Positions 1 through 11,600 of a DNA stretch of 64,000 nt are shown here, piece by piece. Each line of letters opens with the position of its first letter. Position 1 is the first letter of the stretch. Made by a program: the position numbers and the translations under genes. This DNA comes from Scenedesmus sp. PABB004 (lineage: Eukaryota). Where the stretch lies: contig JABVCE010000032.1 of the NCBI GenBank assembly GCA_014905635.1, positions 62,001-126,000 on the forward strand. The letters are read 5' to 3'. The notes beneath the pieces are model-generated. The model did no database searches, was not told the DNA's origin, and saw only the letters and a program-made list of their open reading frames with translations.

Positions 1-469
1 CGTTGCCCTCGACGACCTCTTCCCCGCGCCTGCAAGAATATTCTTCCTGAAAATTGACACGGAAGGTTGGAGGCACGGCCGCACGCCGCGCCGGTGTTGG
101 CACTGTTCTGACGCCGCCGCTGGCTCCCTCCCGCGCGCAGGGTTTGAGCTTGACGTCTTTGCAGGCGCGGCACGGCTCTTTCAGCAGCGGCGTGTCGACA
201 ACGTGGTCTTTGAGTACACGGCGTTCTGGACCGACCGCGCTGACCAGCAGGCGCTTCTGCCCTTTGTAGAAGCTTTCCAGCCGAGAGCGCTGTACGCGCT
301 CGACCGCACGGGGCCAACGGTGTACGGCCCGCTGGGTCCCCAGGACGTGCGGGGTTTCTGGAAGGCGCACAACGACCGGCACCTGCAAACTGACGTGTAC
401 GCAACGTTCAGCGATGCGGACAGCCGGAAAGTGCGCGCGACGCCTTACACCCAGAGCGTAAACGCTTGA
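1..469 (+). CDS. FkbM-like SAM-dependent methyltransferase A, 3' part (5' end outside window)
   Basis: Exon to 65, GT-AG intron 66-140, exon 141-469 splice to LDDLFP..IFFLKIDTEGFELDVFAG..VVFEY, the FkbM-type KIDxEGxE motif. Confidence 0.8.
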   Translation, partial: VALDDLFPAPARIFFLKIDTEGWRHGRTPRRCWHCSDAAAGSLPRAGFELDVFAGAARLFQQRRVDNVVFEYTAFWTDRADQQALLPFVEAFQPRALYALDRTGPTVYGPLGPQDVRGFWKAHNDRHLQTDVYATFSDADSRKVRATPYTQSVNA

Positions 470-611
470 GCATCATCTTTCTGGTTCCCTGCAGCTCGAG
501 CCACCACCGCCAAGCAGTCGAGGCGCCGGGCGCGGTGGCTGCATCGCGGCGGCAGGCCTCGCCTCTCGCTGCACCAGGAGCGCCGCTGTGCTGGCCAGCA
601 GCCAGCAGCTA

Positions 612-1926
612 TCAGCAGGTGATGAACACGTCCTCCATGCCAAACTGCTCTTCCACAATAAACGCTCTCAACGCAGCGGGCGAGAGGGCAGGCGCGCTGT
701 CGGGATCGCCCACCGTTGTCATTTGCTTGACCCTCTTGATGGTGCACTGGAGCTCCAGCAGCGCCGCAAACGTCTCGTGCGCCGCCGCGCGTGATATGAT
801 GCCGTCGCGCTGCCACGTCACCGGCGCGACCTCGATCAGCAAGTGCCGCACGCGCTTGCTTCGGAGCATGCCCATGGCCGTCTTGAGGACGGACACCTCA
901 AAGCCCTCCGTGTCTGCGACGGGCCCAGGCGCGCCGTCATGAGCGGCTCACGCGGCAAGCAGGGCTTGCTTGCTGCCCGGCCTTCCCTGGCGCACCGATT
1001 TTGATCATGAAGATACTGATGCCGTCAAACACCGCATCCAGCGACACGGGGTGGGTGGTGACGTTGGTGCGCGGCCCCGGCACGGCCGTGGCGTCCAGTC
1101 CCGTCTTGACGCTGAACGAGCCACGACAGAGCGGAGGGACGGCCATGACCATCGGCGTCGGGTCGGCTGCAATGGCCTCGGGGATGATGCCAAACCGGCC
1201 CTCAACGATGGCTCGAATGTGCCCGTTGAGGCAGAGGTTGCGCTGGATTATGTTGATGCACAGCGGCTGGGGCTCGAAAAACACGACCTCGCAACCGTAG
1301 GACGCGGCGAGCACGCCTGGCGGGGAAGGGGGGGGGGGGGGAGATCGTGTGTGTGTATCTGGGGGGGGGCACCACGTGTTCACGAGGGTCGCTGTCGCTG
1401 ATTCTCACCGTAAAACCCCGCATTGGCGCCCGCGTCGACGAACAGCCCGCCGTGGCAGCCCTGCCCGAAAATTCGACTGAACACTGCGTGGACGTGTCGC
1501 TCGCTGTTGACTATCCAGTTCATGATGTCATCAGAGTCCTGTTGGCCGGGGTTCAGCGCAGCGACAGGCGGCGGCGCTGAGCAGCAGCAGCAGCAGGAGC
1601 AGCAGGAGCGGGGCGCCGCTGCCACTCGCGCAGCGCGGCGCGGCCCGCACCTGCGTCAGGTGGATGCGCTCGCCGCCCGGTTCCGAATACAGCAGCGTCT
1701 GGGCCAGCTTGCCCTGCTCAAACAGGCGGGAGCAGTCTGCGCGTGCTGCAAAGCGCTGCGAGAGGCCAGGCTGCGCTGTGACAGCAGACGCCGGCGCCGG
1801 GGCCGCCGCCGAAGCTGACGCCGCGGCACCATGTCCGGCCAGCAGGGCTTGTTCGATGCCGCGCTGGTGGACCGCGATGTGCACAAGCAAACACCCAAAC
1901 ACCGCCGCCAGCACGACCGTGGCAGC
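612..1926 (-). pseudogene. Inverted copy of methyltransferase B lacking its start codon region
   Basis: Near-identical to 5905-7218 including introns; the ATG and first 14 codons (5863-5904) are not copied and no nearby in-frame ATG replaces them. Confidence 0.6.
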
Positions 1927-2078
1927 GGTCGACGCCCAGCTGCTTCGCGGCGGGCGCGCGGTGACAGCGGGTCGCCCCGCGCGCTTGCGGGCCTGGCGCA
2001 GCGAGGTCAGGCCTGCCCCGCACCAGCAGGCTCTCCGTCGCACAGCTTTTACAGTTGAGCCACCCGCCGTGCATTCTC

Positions 2079-2935
2079 TCAGCACGTCGTCCAGCTCGCG
2101 TTGCGCCGGCACTGCTGCGGGCAGTCCCCCTGCGGCAGGTCTATGCCCTGGAACTCGTTGTCGGGCGCGTACACGTTGCCCACAAAGTCCGACGCGCAGC
2201 GCCGGCGCGTGGGGAAGCCGCGGGACTCGGCGGCCCCGTACGCGCCGCAAAAGTGCGACGCGTGCTGCAGCGTGTGGTCCTTGACGTGGGGCCACACCTG
2301 GCTCCCCAGCCAGGTCTGGTCGCTGCCGTGCGCGTACGAGGCGTTGCTCTGCCGGTCAGCGTCGCGCCACGCGCGGATCACGCGCGGGTTGATCAGCCCC
2401 CCCACCGCGCCCCACATGCCGCCCAGGATGGGGACGCTGTGGTAGGGGTGGTCGTTCATGGCGTGGAACAACCTGCCCGACGCGACCCACTCGTCGACCG
2501 CGGCCCGGTCGCGCGGCGTCAGGCGCGCGTCGGCGTCGCGCACGATCACGCGCGTCGCCGACGCGTCCTCGAGCGCGTAGAAGCGCCAGAACATGCCCGC
2601 GATGCCGCGCTGGTTGGACGTGACGCGCACCAGCTCCGCGCCGAGCACGCGCAGCGCGGCGAGCGTGGCCTCGGGCACGCCCTCGCCCGCGTACACACGC
2701 AGCGTCCAGTTGCCCCAGTCCCGGCGCACGAACAGCGCATTCTCCACCACGCCCGCCGTGTAGCGCGGGTTGTCGCCGTAGAGGGCCATGGAGATGAGCT
2801 TGCGCCCCCGCCCCTCGCGCTCCGCCGCCAGCACCGCGGCCGCGACGGCCGGAAAAACAGTCTCGCCCGTGTCCGGCAGCTCCGGCACGACCGCCGGGTG
2901 CTGCGTGCTGCTCGCATCACTGCCGAATGGCTGTG

Positions 2936-2967
<32 letters not shown>

Positions 2968-3218
2968 GTCTGCTGCGTGCCGCCAGCGGCAGCAGCAGCC
3001 GTCTCAGTGCTGTTCGCTCCGCCGCCGCCGAGGTGCAGTGGCGACGCGCCGTGCGCAGCAGCGCACGAGCGCTCCTGCAGTGGCGAGGGCAGGAAGTAGA
3101 GGCCGCATCCCACCGCGCTGAAGAAGAAGACGAGCGCCACGCACGCAAAGCACTGCAGCGCGCGGCGCCCCGCGCCGCTGCCGCCAGCGGCGCCCGCGTC
3201 CGGGGGCGCGCTCATCAT
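2079..3218 (-). CDS. Putative DxD glycosyltransferase, unassigned family, type II membrane, intronless (paralog 1)
   Basis: 379 aa; N-terminal TM, polyQ stem, motifs ISMALYG, GMFWRF, IVRDADARL, DHPYH, ILGGMWG, DQTWL; TGTAA on minus strand at 2049-2053. Confidence 0.7.
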
Positions 3219-3433
3219 TCATTACTCGGTGTACACCGTCATCGCGGTCCTGCCCGCATCAATTTGCAGTCTCTCGGAGCCCGCTGTCCAATGACAGCGG
3301 CGCGCTACAGCCGCCTACAGCCAGCCGCCGCTCGCGGAGCCCGGACACCTCCGCGCCTCCCGCGCAGCACGCCGGTACCAGTAGTGAATCAGCGAGTTTT
3401 TATAGCCCAGAACCGAATCAGCGCCGGCCGTGC

Positions 3434-4417
3434 ATGACCGCCTCAGCCGGCCACCGTGCGCGCCTGCTGCTCGCCCCTGCCGCCGCCGCCTGCCTGCTGT
3501 GCGCGGCCGTCACGCTCGCTCTGCTGGCCTGCGGTGGAAGTGGCGGCAGCGGCCAGCACGCCCACGCAGCCGCGGCGCCGCCTGCTCCACTCCACGCAGC
3601 AGACAGCGGCGCCACGCCCGGGCCACCGCCGGCGGCGCCAGCAGCCGCAGCGCTGCGCCATGCCTCCCTCGTCGTGGCGGTCACGAGCAAGGCGGGCAGC
3701 CACCGGCGGCGGGCCTGGGTCCGGGGCGAGCTGCGGCGCAGCCTCGCGCTGCTCGCGCGGCGCGACCCCGGCGCCGCGGCGGCGGCGGTGGTCGTGTTTG
3801 TCGTCGGCCTGCGCGGCCTGCCGCCCGGCGCGGCGGCCAACCTGAGCGCCGAGCACGCGGCGTCGGGCGACATGCTGCTGCTGCCCGACACGCCCGACGC
3901 CGACGCGCCCGACCCGCCGCCGCCGGGCGCCGACTCGGCGACGTGCCTCAAGGTCGTGCGCGCGGCGGCGTGGGCGGTGGCGCGCTACGAGTTTGCGCAC
4001 TTTGTGCGCCTCGGCGACGACTCGTTCTTCCGCATCGACTACTTCCTGGCCGACGTCGCGCCGGCGCTGCCGCGCGCGCGCCTGCTGCTCGGCTACTGCC
4101 CGCCGTCGCTGCGCTACACCTTCCCGTCGGGCGCCGCGGTGCGCTACTGCTCGGGCATGGGCTTTGTGCTCAGCGCCGACGCGGTCGCCTTCCTGGCGGC
4201 CGCCGCGGGTGAGGACATGCTTGCCATGCCCTGGCCCGAGGACGCGGCGGTGGCGCTCTGGCTGGCCGGCACGCGCGTGGAGACGACGCACGACGAGCGC
4301 TTCCACGACTGGGAGTGGCGGCGCTGCAGCAACCGCAGCATCATCGTGCACAAGCATCGCTACGGCGGCGTCGACGCCGCGGGCGTGATGACCGACTGCT
4401 TCCCCCAGACGCGCTAG
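3434..4417 (+). CDS. GT31 (Galactosyl_T) beta-1,3-galactosyltransferase-like, intronless
   Basis: 327 aa; N-terminal TM; RRAWVR, FVVG, AE..GD, FVRLGDDSF, YCSGMGFVLS, EDAAVALWL motifs; TGTAA at 4461. Confidence 0.85.
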   Translation: MTASAGHRARLLLAPAAAACLLCAAVTLALLACGGSGGSGQHAHAAAAPPAPLHAADSGATPGPPPAAPAAAALRHASLVVAVTSKAGSHRRRAWVRGELRRSLALLARRDPGAAAAAVVVFVVGLRGLPPGAAANLSAEHAASGDMLLLPDTPDADAPDPPPPGADSATCLKVVRAAAWAVARYEFAHFVRLGDDSFFRIDYFLADVAPALPRARLLLGYCPPSLRYTFPSGAAVRYCSGMGFVLSADAVAFLAAAAGEDMLAMPWPEDAAVALWLAGTRVETTHDERFHDWEWRRCSNRSIIVHKHRYGGVDAAGVMTDCFPQTR

Positions 4418-4460
4418 CACACAGCCTCGGCATGCTCGGCGGCGGCTGTGCCGCAGCTGT

Positions 4461-4465
4461 TGTAA
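4461..4465 (+). terminator. Chlorophyte-type polyadenylation signal TGTAA (others at 13251 +, 50024 +, 2049 -, 39391 -)
   Basis: TGTAA found about 25-190 nt downstream of several stop codons on the coding strand. Confidence 0.55.
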
Positions 4466-4568
4466 TGCAGGGGATCGGCCGCGCCGGGCGCTTGTTCAAC
4501 CGGCTTCTGCACACCCCTGCCGTCCTCCGCGCCCGCCGCCGCGCCGCGAGCCAGCTGCGTGCAGTCTC

Positions 4569-5663
4569 TCAGCACGCCGTCCAGCTCGCGTGTCGCCGGC
4601 ACTGGGCCGGGCATTCGCTCTGCGTGAGGTTCATGCCCAGAAACTCGTTTTCACGGACGTAAATGTTGCCCACAAAGTCCTGCATCGACTCGCGCTTGGT
4701 CGGGAAGCCGCGGAACTCACGAGCCCCGTACGCACCGCACTGGAAGGACGCGTGCTGCAGCGTAAAGTTCTTGACGTGCGGCCACAGGCTGCCCGCCAGC
4801 CAGGCCTGGTCGTTGCCCAGCGTGTACGTGGGGCTGTTCTTCGCATCGGCGTCCCGCCACTCGGCGATGATGCGGGGGCTGACGAGCCCGTTCACCGCGC
4901 CCCACATGCCGCCCATGACCGGCGTCGAGTGGTAGGGGTTGTCGTGCAGCGTATGGAAGAACGCGCCCGACGCGACCCACTCGTCCACCGCGGCCCGGTC
5001 GCGCCGGGTCAGCCGCGAGTCGGCGTCGCGGATGATGAAGCGCGATACCGTGCGGTCCTCGAGCACGTAGAAGCGCCAGAACATGCCCGCCGCGCCGCGC
5101 TGGTTGGAGGTGACGCGCACCAGCTCCGCGCCGAGCGCCTGCAGCGCGGTCAGCGTGCCCTCGGGCACGCCGTCGCCGACGTACACGCGCAGCGTCCAGT
5201 TGCCCCAGTCCCGGCGCACGAGCAGCGCGTTGTCGAGCGCGCCGTCCGTGAAGCGGGCCTGGGCGCCGTAGAGGGCCATGGAGATGACGGAGCGCCCCCG
5301 GCCCTCGCGCTCCGCCGCCAGCACCGCGGCCGCGACGCCGGGAAAGACCAACTCCCCGGTGGCCGGCAGCTCCGGCACGACCTGTGGGCGCGGCTGACTG
5401 CTGGCGGCGGCCAGGCTGGCGTTGGCTGCCCGCTGCGCCGCGGCTCGCGGCGCTTGCGGGCACGCCACGGCCAGCTGCCGCTGCTGCTGCTGCTGCTGCT
5501 GCTGGCGGTCCCATCCCCGCAGCAGGGCGGCGGAGGTGAGGGACAGCAGCATGCCAAACGCCACGCAGGCCTGGCACTTCAGGAGCGTGCGGCGCCCCGC
5601 CGCGCCGGTGCCGCCAGCGGCGTCTGGGTGCGCGCACGCGGCGCCCGGTGGTCGCGGCTTCAT
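4569..5663 (-). CDS. Putative DxD glycosyltransferase, unassigned family (paralog 2 of 2079-3218)
   Basis: 364 aa; same motifs (GMFWRF, IIRDADSRL, MGGMWG, DQAWL); alignable to paralog 1 along the whole catalytic region. Confidence 0.7.
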   Translation of the reverse strand: MKPRPPGAACAHPDAAGGTGAAGRRTLLKCQACVAFGMLLSLTSAALLRGWDRQQQQQQQQRQLAVACPQAPRAAAQRAANASLAAASSQPRPQVVPELPATGELVFPGVAAAVLAAEREGRGRSVISMALYGAQARFTDGALDNALLVRRDWGNWTLRVYVGDGVPEGTLTALQALGAELVRVTSNQRGAAGMFWRFYVLEDRTVSRFIIRDADSRLTRRDRAAVDEWVASGAFFHTLHDNPYHSTPVMGGMWGAVNGLVSPRIIAEWRDADAKNSPTYTLGNDQAWLAGSLWPHVKNFTLQHASFQCGAYGAREFRGFPTKRESMQDFVGNIYVRENEFLGMNLTQSECPAQCRRHASWTAC

Positions 5664-5862
5664 GGCGGCTTGGAGCAGGAGTCTTGTGTGCCGTGGCTGA
5701 GTGCCAGCGGCGCGCCGAGTTGGTGCTTACAGGAGGTGTGCTGCGCTACAGCCAGCTGCCGTCTCGAGCCACCTCGAAACAACTGGTTCGGCTGGCTCCC
5801 CACAACCGCGAGCTCGCCGGTGAGCTTATCCGCTCACCCACCACACGCCGCGCGCGCCGCAA

Positions 5863-7218
5863 ATGAAGCCGCGGCCGCAGGGCGCGCCAGGGCGGGCGCC
5901 GACAGCTGCCACGGTCGTGCTGGCGGCGGTGTTTGGGTGTTTGCTTGTGCACATCGCGGTCCACCAGCGCGGCATCGAACAAGCCCTGCTGGCCGGACAT
6001 GGTGCCGCGGCGTCAGCTTCGGCGGCGGCCCCGGCGCCGGCGTCTGCTGTCACAGCGCAGCCTGGCCTCTCGCAGCGCTTTGCAGCACGCGCAGACTGCT
6101 CCCGCCTGTTTGAGCAGGGCAAGCTGGCCCAGACGCTGCTGTATTCGGAACCGGGCGGCGAGCGCATCCACCTGACGCAGGTGCGGGCCGCGCCGCGCTG
6201 CGCGAGTGGCAGCGGCGCCCCGCTCCTGCTGCTCCTGCTGCTGCTGCTGCTCAGCGCCGCCCCCTTTCGCTGCGCTGAACCCCGGCCAACAGGACTCTGA
6301 TGACATCATGAACTGGATAGTCAACAGCGAGCGACACGTCCACGCAGTGTTCAGTCGAGTTTTCGGGCAGGGCTGCCACGGCGGGCTGTTCGTCGACGCG
6401 GGCGCCAATGCGGGGTTTTACGGTGAGAATCAGCGACAGCGACCCTCGTGAACACGTGGTGCCCCCCCCCCCCAGATACACACACACGATCTCCCCCCCC
6501 CCTTCCCCGCCAGGCGTGCTCGCCGCGTCCTACGGTTGCGAGGTCGTGTTTTTCGAGCCCCAGCCGCTGTGCGTCAACATAATCCAGCGCAACCTCTGCC
6601 TCAACGGGCACATTCGAGCCATCGCTGAGGGCCGGTTTGGCATCATCCCCGAGGCCATTGCAGCCGACCCGACGCCGATGGTCATGGCCGTCCCTCCGCT
6701 CTGTCGTGGCTCGTTCAGCGTCAAGACGGGACTGGACGCCACGGCCGTGCCGGGGCCGCGCACCAACGTCACCACCCACCCCGTGTCGCTGGATGCGGTG
6801 TTTGACGGCATCAGTATCTTCATGATCAAAATCGGTGCGCCAGGGAAGGCCGGGCAGCAAGCAAGCCCTGCTTGCCGCGTGAGCCGCTCATGACGGCGCG
6901 CCTGGGCCCGTCGCAGACACGGAGGGCTTTGAGGTGTCCGTCCTCAAGACGGCCATGGGCATGCTCCGAAGCAAGCGCGTGCGGCACTTGCTGATCGAGG
7001 TCGCGCCGGTGACGTGGCAGCGCGACGGCATCATATCACGCGCGGCGGCGCACGAGACGTTTGCGGCGCTGCTGGAGCTCCAGTGCACCATCAAGAGGGT
7101 CAAGCAAATGACAACGGTGGGCGATCCCGACAGCGCGCCTGCCCTCTCGCCCGCTGCGTTGAGAGCGTTTATTGTGGAAGAGCAGTTTGGCATGGAGGAC
7201 GTGTTCATCACCTGCTGA
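5863..7218 (+). CDS. FkbM-like methyltransferase B, type II membrane
   Basis: Exons 5863-6180, 6293-6422, 6514-6834, 6917-7218 (all GT-AG) give FVDAGANAGFYG, FFEPQP, LD, IKIDTEGFE, IEV. Confidence 0.85.
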
Positions 7219-7832
7219 TAGCTGCTGGCTGCTGGCCAGCACAGCGGCGCTCCTGGTGCAGCGAGAGGCGAGGCCTGCCGCCGCGATGCAGCCACCGCGC
7301 CCGGCGCCTCGACTGCTTGGCGGTGGTGGCTCGAGCTGCAGGGAACCAGAAAGATGATGCTCAAGCGTTTACGCTCTGGGTGTGAGGCGTCGCGCGCACT
7401 TTCCGGCTGTCCGCATCACTGAACGTTGCGTACACGTCAGTTTGCAGGTGCCGGTCATTGTGCGCCTTCCAGAAACCCCGCACGTCCTGGGGACCCAGCG
7501 GGCCGTACACCGTTGGCCCCGTGCGGTCGAGCGCGTACAGCGCTCTCGGCTGGAACGCTTCCACAAAGGGCAGAAGCGCCTGCTGGTCAGCGCGGTCGGC
7601 CCAGAACGCCGTGTACTCAAAGACCACGTTGTCGACACGCCGCTGCTGAAAGAGCCGTGCCGTGCCTGCAAAGACGTCAAGCTCAAACCCTGCGCGCGGG
7701 AGGGAGCCAGCGGCGGCGTCAGAACAGCGTCAACACCGGCGCGGCGTGCGGGCGTGCCTCCAACCTTCTGTGTCAGTTTTCAGGAAGAAGAATATTCTGG
7801 CTGGCGCGGGGAAGAGGTCGTCGAGGGCAACG
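5905..7832. repeat. Inverted repeat IR1, right arm
   Basis: Reverse complement of 1-1926. Confidence 0.95.
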
Positions 7833-8258
7833 CTGTCGACAGTTATTGTGCCGCCGCCGCCGCCCGCCTTGGCCGTCTGTCCGGCGGCAGCCGAAAACGT
7901 CAAGCGCGCGTTTGACGCGTTGGTGACGACCTTGTTGACCAGGGTCACGCGCTCGCCGAAGCCGTTGACGTTGATCGACGCCTGGATGAGTGCCGCTTGG
8001 CGAGGCTGAACCTGCGGCACAGGGGGCAAGCGCCGCGGGGCGCTGAACCGCGGGCTTGGCGCCACGCGCGGCAGGCTGAAGCACTGCCTCGAGCTGCCGC
8101 ACCTCGAAGATGTACACGCGGCACCCCGCCGCCACCGCGGCCAGCCCGAAGTCGCCCAGGAACGCGCCCACGTCCACCACGACCGTGTCCGCGTCCTCGG
8201 CACAGCGCCGGGCGAGGTCAAGTTGCACCGCCTGCCGCGCCTTATCGCCCACGGATCT
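7361..8258 (-). CDS. FkbM-like methyltransferase A, second copy; 5' end unclear, possibly truncated or decaying
   Basis: Three exons: VVDVGAFLGDFG..YIFE / VQPRQ..LKTDTE / GFELDV..FEY; KID changed to KTD; in-frame stop just upstream of 8258; no TM exon found. Confidence 0.65.
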
Positions 8259-8633
8259 TTTGGCGCGGAAAGAGGAAAATCAGCTACATCCTAGCGTGAA
8301 GGCTGTAGCGTTCAACTAAAGCTGCAGCTACAGCCGGTCAGCATTTTGTGTTTAAAATTTTTTTACCACGGCGCTCCGCCCGAGCGCTGCAAGTTGTATG
8401 CCTGCGGCATCTTGAAAACGCCACCAAACGCAAGACGCGCTATTTCGGGTGCCGTCCGCCTGCCTGCAGTAGCGGCAGTAGCGGGTTGGCTGTAGCCGGC
8501 CGCAGCAGCCGCCACGCGTACAAAAGCCCCACGCCGACCCTCCCTGCCCAAGCGGGTTCCCCTCCTGCTCCGTGAAGCACCGGCGTGTCCCGGACACGCG
8601 CCAACACTTGGATTGCCAGCACCCTCAGGCACA

Positions 8634-11600
8634 ATGGCGCGGCTCCTGACGCTGGCCCTGGCCTGCCTCCTGGCGGCCTCGGCCGCTCAGGGCGCGCGCG
8701 TCCTGCAGCAGACTGCGGCGCAGTTCAAGTGGGTCCAGTTTGCCCTCTCCTTCAAGGGCACCACCTGCGCCGAGCTCGGCGGCGCGGACTTCATTGACGG
8801 CCTCCGGATCGCTGGGCGCAATGACATGCGCGAGGCCCTCACCACTGCCGGCATCACCGGCTTCAACGTGCGCGCCAGCTCGCGCGACTGCATCGATACG
8901 TCGCTCCCCAGCTTTGCCAAGCTCGCACAGACGCTCATCGTGCTGAGCTACAACGGCACCACCAATCTGGAGGTGCGCAATGCGCTGTGGAACGCGGCGC
9001 GCGAGCGCATCTGCACCGGCGGCTACAACCGGGTCGTGTGGGGCAACGTGGCGGGCTACCTGGGCAACAAGGACGCCCTGGTTGCCTTCAACAGTGAGTG
9101 TTTGGGGAGCGGGACTGCTGCTCGCGGCCTGCACTCGGGCGGGCCACCCTCACCCCCTTCTCGCTCGCAGACGCGTCGCGCCTCAACCCCTCGGGCAACG
9201 CCGGCGCCAACCAGATGCCCTACGTGCCCGCGGCCGGCGGCTGCGGCACGCCGACGCCGAGCCCGAGCCCCGCGCCGACGCCGAGCCCGAGCCCCGCGCC
9301 TGGGCCGAGCCCGAGCCCCGCGCCGACGCCGAGCCCCAGCCCCGCGCCGCCGGCGTCGCCGAGCCCCGCGCCGGAGTCGCCGAGCCCGAGCCCGGAGCCG
9401 GCGAGCCCCAGCCCGGCGCCGACCCCGAGCCCCAGCCCCGCGCCGGTGAGTCGTGTTGCTCTCGAGTGCTGCCTGGAGCGCTCGCCCTCATTTCACGTTG
9501 CTGTGCTCACTCAGCCCGTTGGCTCCCCACGCAGGCGCTCAACTGCTCGGCCATCATCCCTGGCAGCACCAACGTCAACGGCACCTGCGTGTGCGCGGCG
9601 CCCAACACGATCCCAGTGGTCAATGCGGCCGGCAACGTGACGCAGTGCCTCCCCACCACGACCACGAGCTGCCCCACGGGGACCGTGTCTGTCAAGACGA
9701 GCCCCGGCGCCCTCGTCTCATGCCTGTCGGGCGTGACGACCTGCCCCAGCGGCTACCCCTTCTTCCTCGTGAGCGGCACGCCGACGCCCACGCTCCAGGA
9801 GTGCCGCCCGGCGACCACGGCCTGCATCTACAGCGGCTACGGGGTGCCTATCACCAACGGCACCAACCCGAACGTCAACAGCATCAACAACCAGGTCATC
9901 GGGTGCACCACACAGGAGGGCTGCCCGGCGAGCTACCCCGTCGCGTGGCGCGACTGCTCGGGAGCTGCCTGTGCCACGCTCCTGGAGTGCAGGAACAGCC
10001 AGTGCCCCCCCTATGTTCAGGCGTCCGTCACCGCCTTCACTGTGCCCCAGCTGACCACGACCGGCCAGCTGGTGGGCTGCTTCTCGCTGCCCACTCTTGG
10101 TGGCCAGCGGTGGACGTGCCCCGCCACCGCGCCGTACGCGAACTACCCCATCGAGGCCATCTTTGGCACGCTGGCCGCCGACAACACCCTGTCGTGCTCC
10201 GCGCCCGGCACGATCTGCCTCGCATCGTCCGGCACGCCCAACACCCCGCTCACCCTCTTTTCGCCCATTGCGGCGCCGGTGCCCACCGAGTGCAGGAGCG
10301 CGGTGGCGTCGTGCACCGGCGTTGTTGACCGGACTGGCGCGACGTACACCATCCCTGCCTACACGGGCTCGCGCCTGGACGGCTGCGTGATCACCGGCGC
10401 CCAGGCCTGCCCCACGGCCTACCCCTTCACCAGTTTCTCCGCGGGCAACGTCATCCAGCGCTGCGACGCCAACGGCACCGCGCCTGTGTGCAGCGGCACC
10501 ACCCCCGTGCCTGTGATCAACCTGGCCGGCCAGACGGTGGCGTGCACGTCGGCTACTGCCTGCCCGGCGAACTACCCCATCAAGGTCGTCAACAACAACC
10601 AGATCACGGCGTGCCTGCAGACCGGCTCGACCTGCCCCGTCGGCAACGAGTTCATCCTTTGGGGCGGCGCGAGCGTCGTTGCACCCATCAAGTCCTCCAG
10701 CATTCAGGAGTGCTGGCCCACCAACTGGGGCACCTGCAGCGGGTTTGGCAGCTACCCCGCCCCCATCTTCGGCACCGCCGACGCCACTGGCAGCCCCATC
10801 GGCTGCGCTGCGTCGACGGTTGCCAGCGGCAACACGTGCCCTCCCAACCAGCCGTTTGTGATTGCGAGCACCATCGGCGACATCGTGCAGTGCCGTCCCC
10901 TGGGCCTGACCACGTGCCCGGTGGTGCAGATCTCGGGCGTCACCTACAGTGTGCCCGCCTTCAGCATCCCGACGTCTGGCGCGAGCACCCTCGTCGGCTG
11001 CTCTGCCGCCACGGCCACCGTGTGCCCCCTGGCTGCGCCCGTGCGCGTCCGGGCCACGGCCGTCGACAACGGGGCTGTCATCCAGTGCATCACCCGGACG
11101 AGCCGCTGCCCGCTCGGCTACGAGTTCTTCCTGATGTCGTGGACCGCGCCGGCCGCTGGCTCGCCCGTCCTGGAGCAGTGCTCGCCGTACCCGGCCCTGG
11201 GCACCACGGCCTGCACCGTGGCCAGCATTCCTACCCTTCCCGCTGGCTACACCGCGGTGTCGGTCCAGGCCGCAAACGGCGCGCTGCAGGGCTGCACCAC
11301 CCAGACCACCGTCTGCCCCGGCACCGTGGCGGGCACGACCTACTCGTTCTCGTTCGCGGACGCCTCGAACACGCTCGTCGCGTGCCGCCCGCCGCTGTCG
11401 CTGGTGGGGCAGACCTGCTCCGGCGCCACGCAGTTCCCTGCTGCCGCCCCGGTCACCGTGGGCATGACCACCTCGTCGTTCTCGGCCGGCGTGCTGATCG
11501 GGTGCAGCGGCTCCTCCACGTCGTGCCCGGCCGCGACGCCGATCAGGGTCTACACCACGGCCGGCTGGACGTCCGGTGCACCCCTCCCCGTCACCGACTG

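Larger units (their letters stand above)
1..1926. repeat. Inverted repeat IR1, left arm (may extend beyond window start)
   Basis: Reverse complement of ~5905-7832; mirrored ORF coordinates sum to ~7830 (203/7627, 612/7218); few substitutions. Confidence 0.95.
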
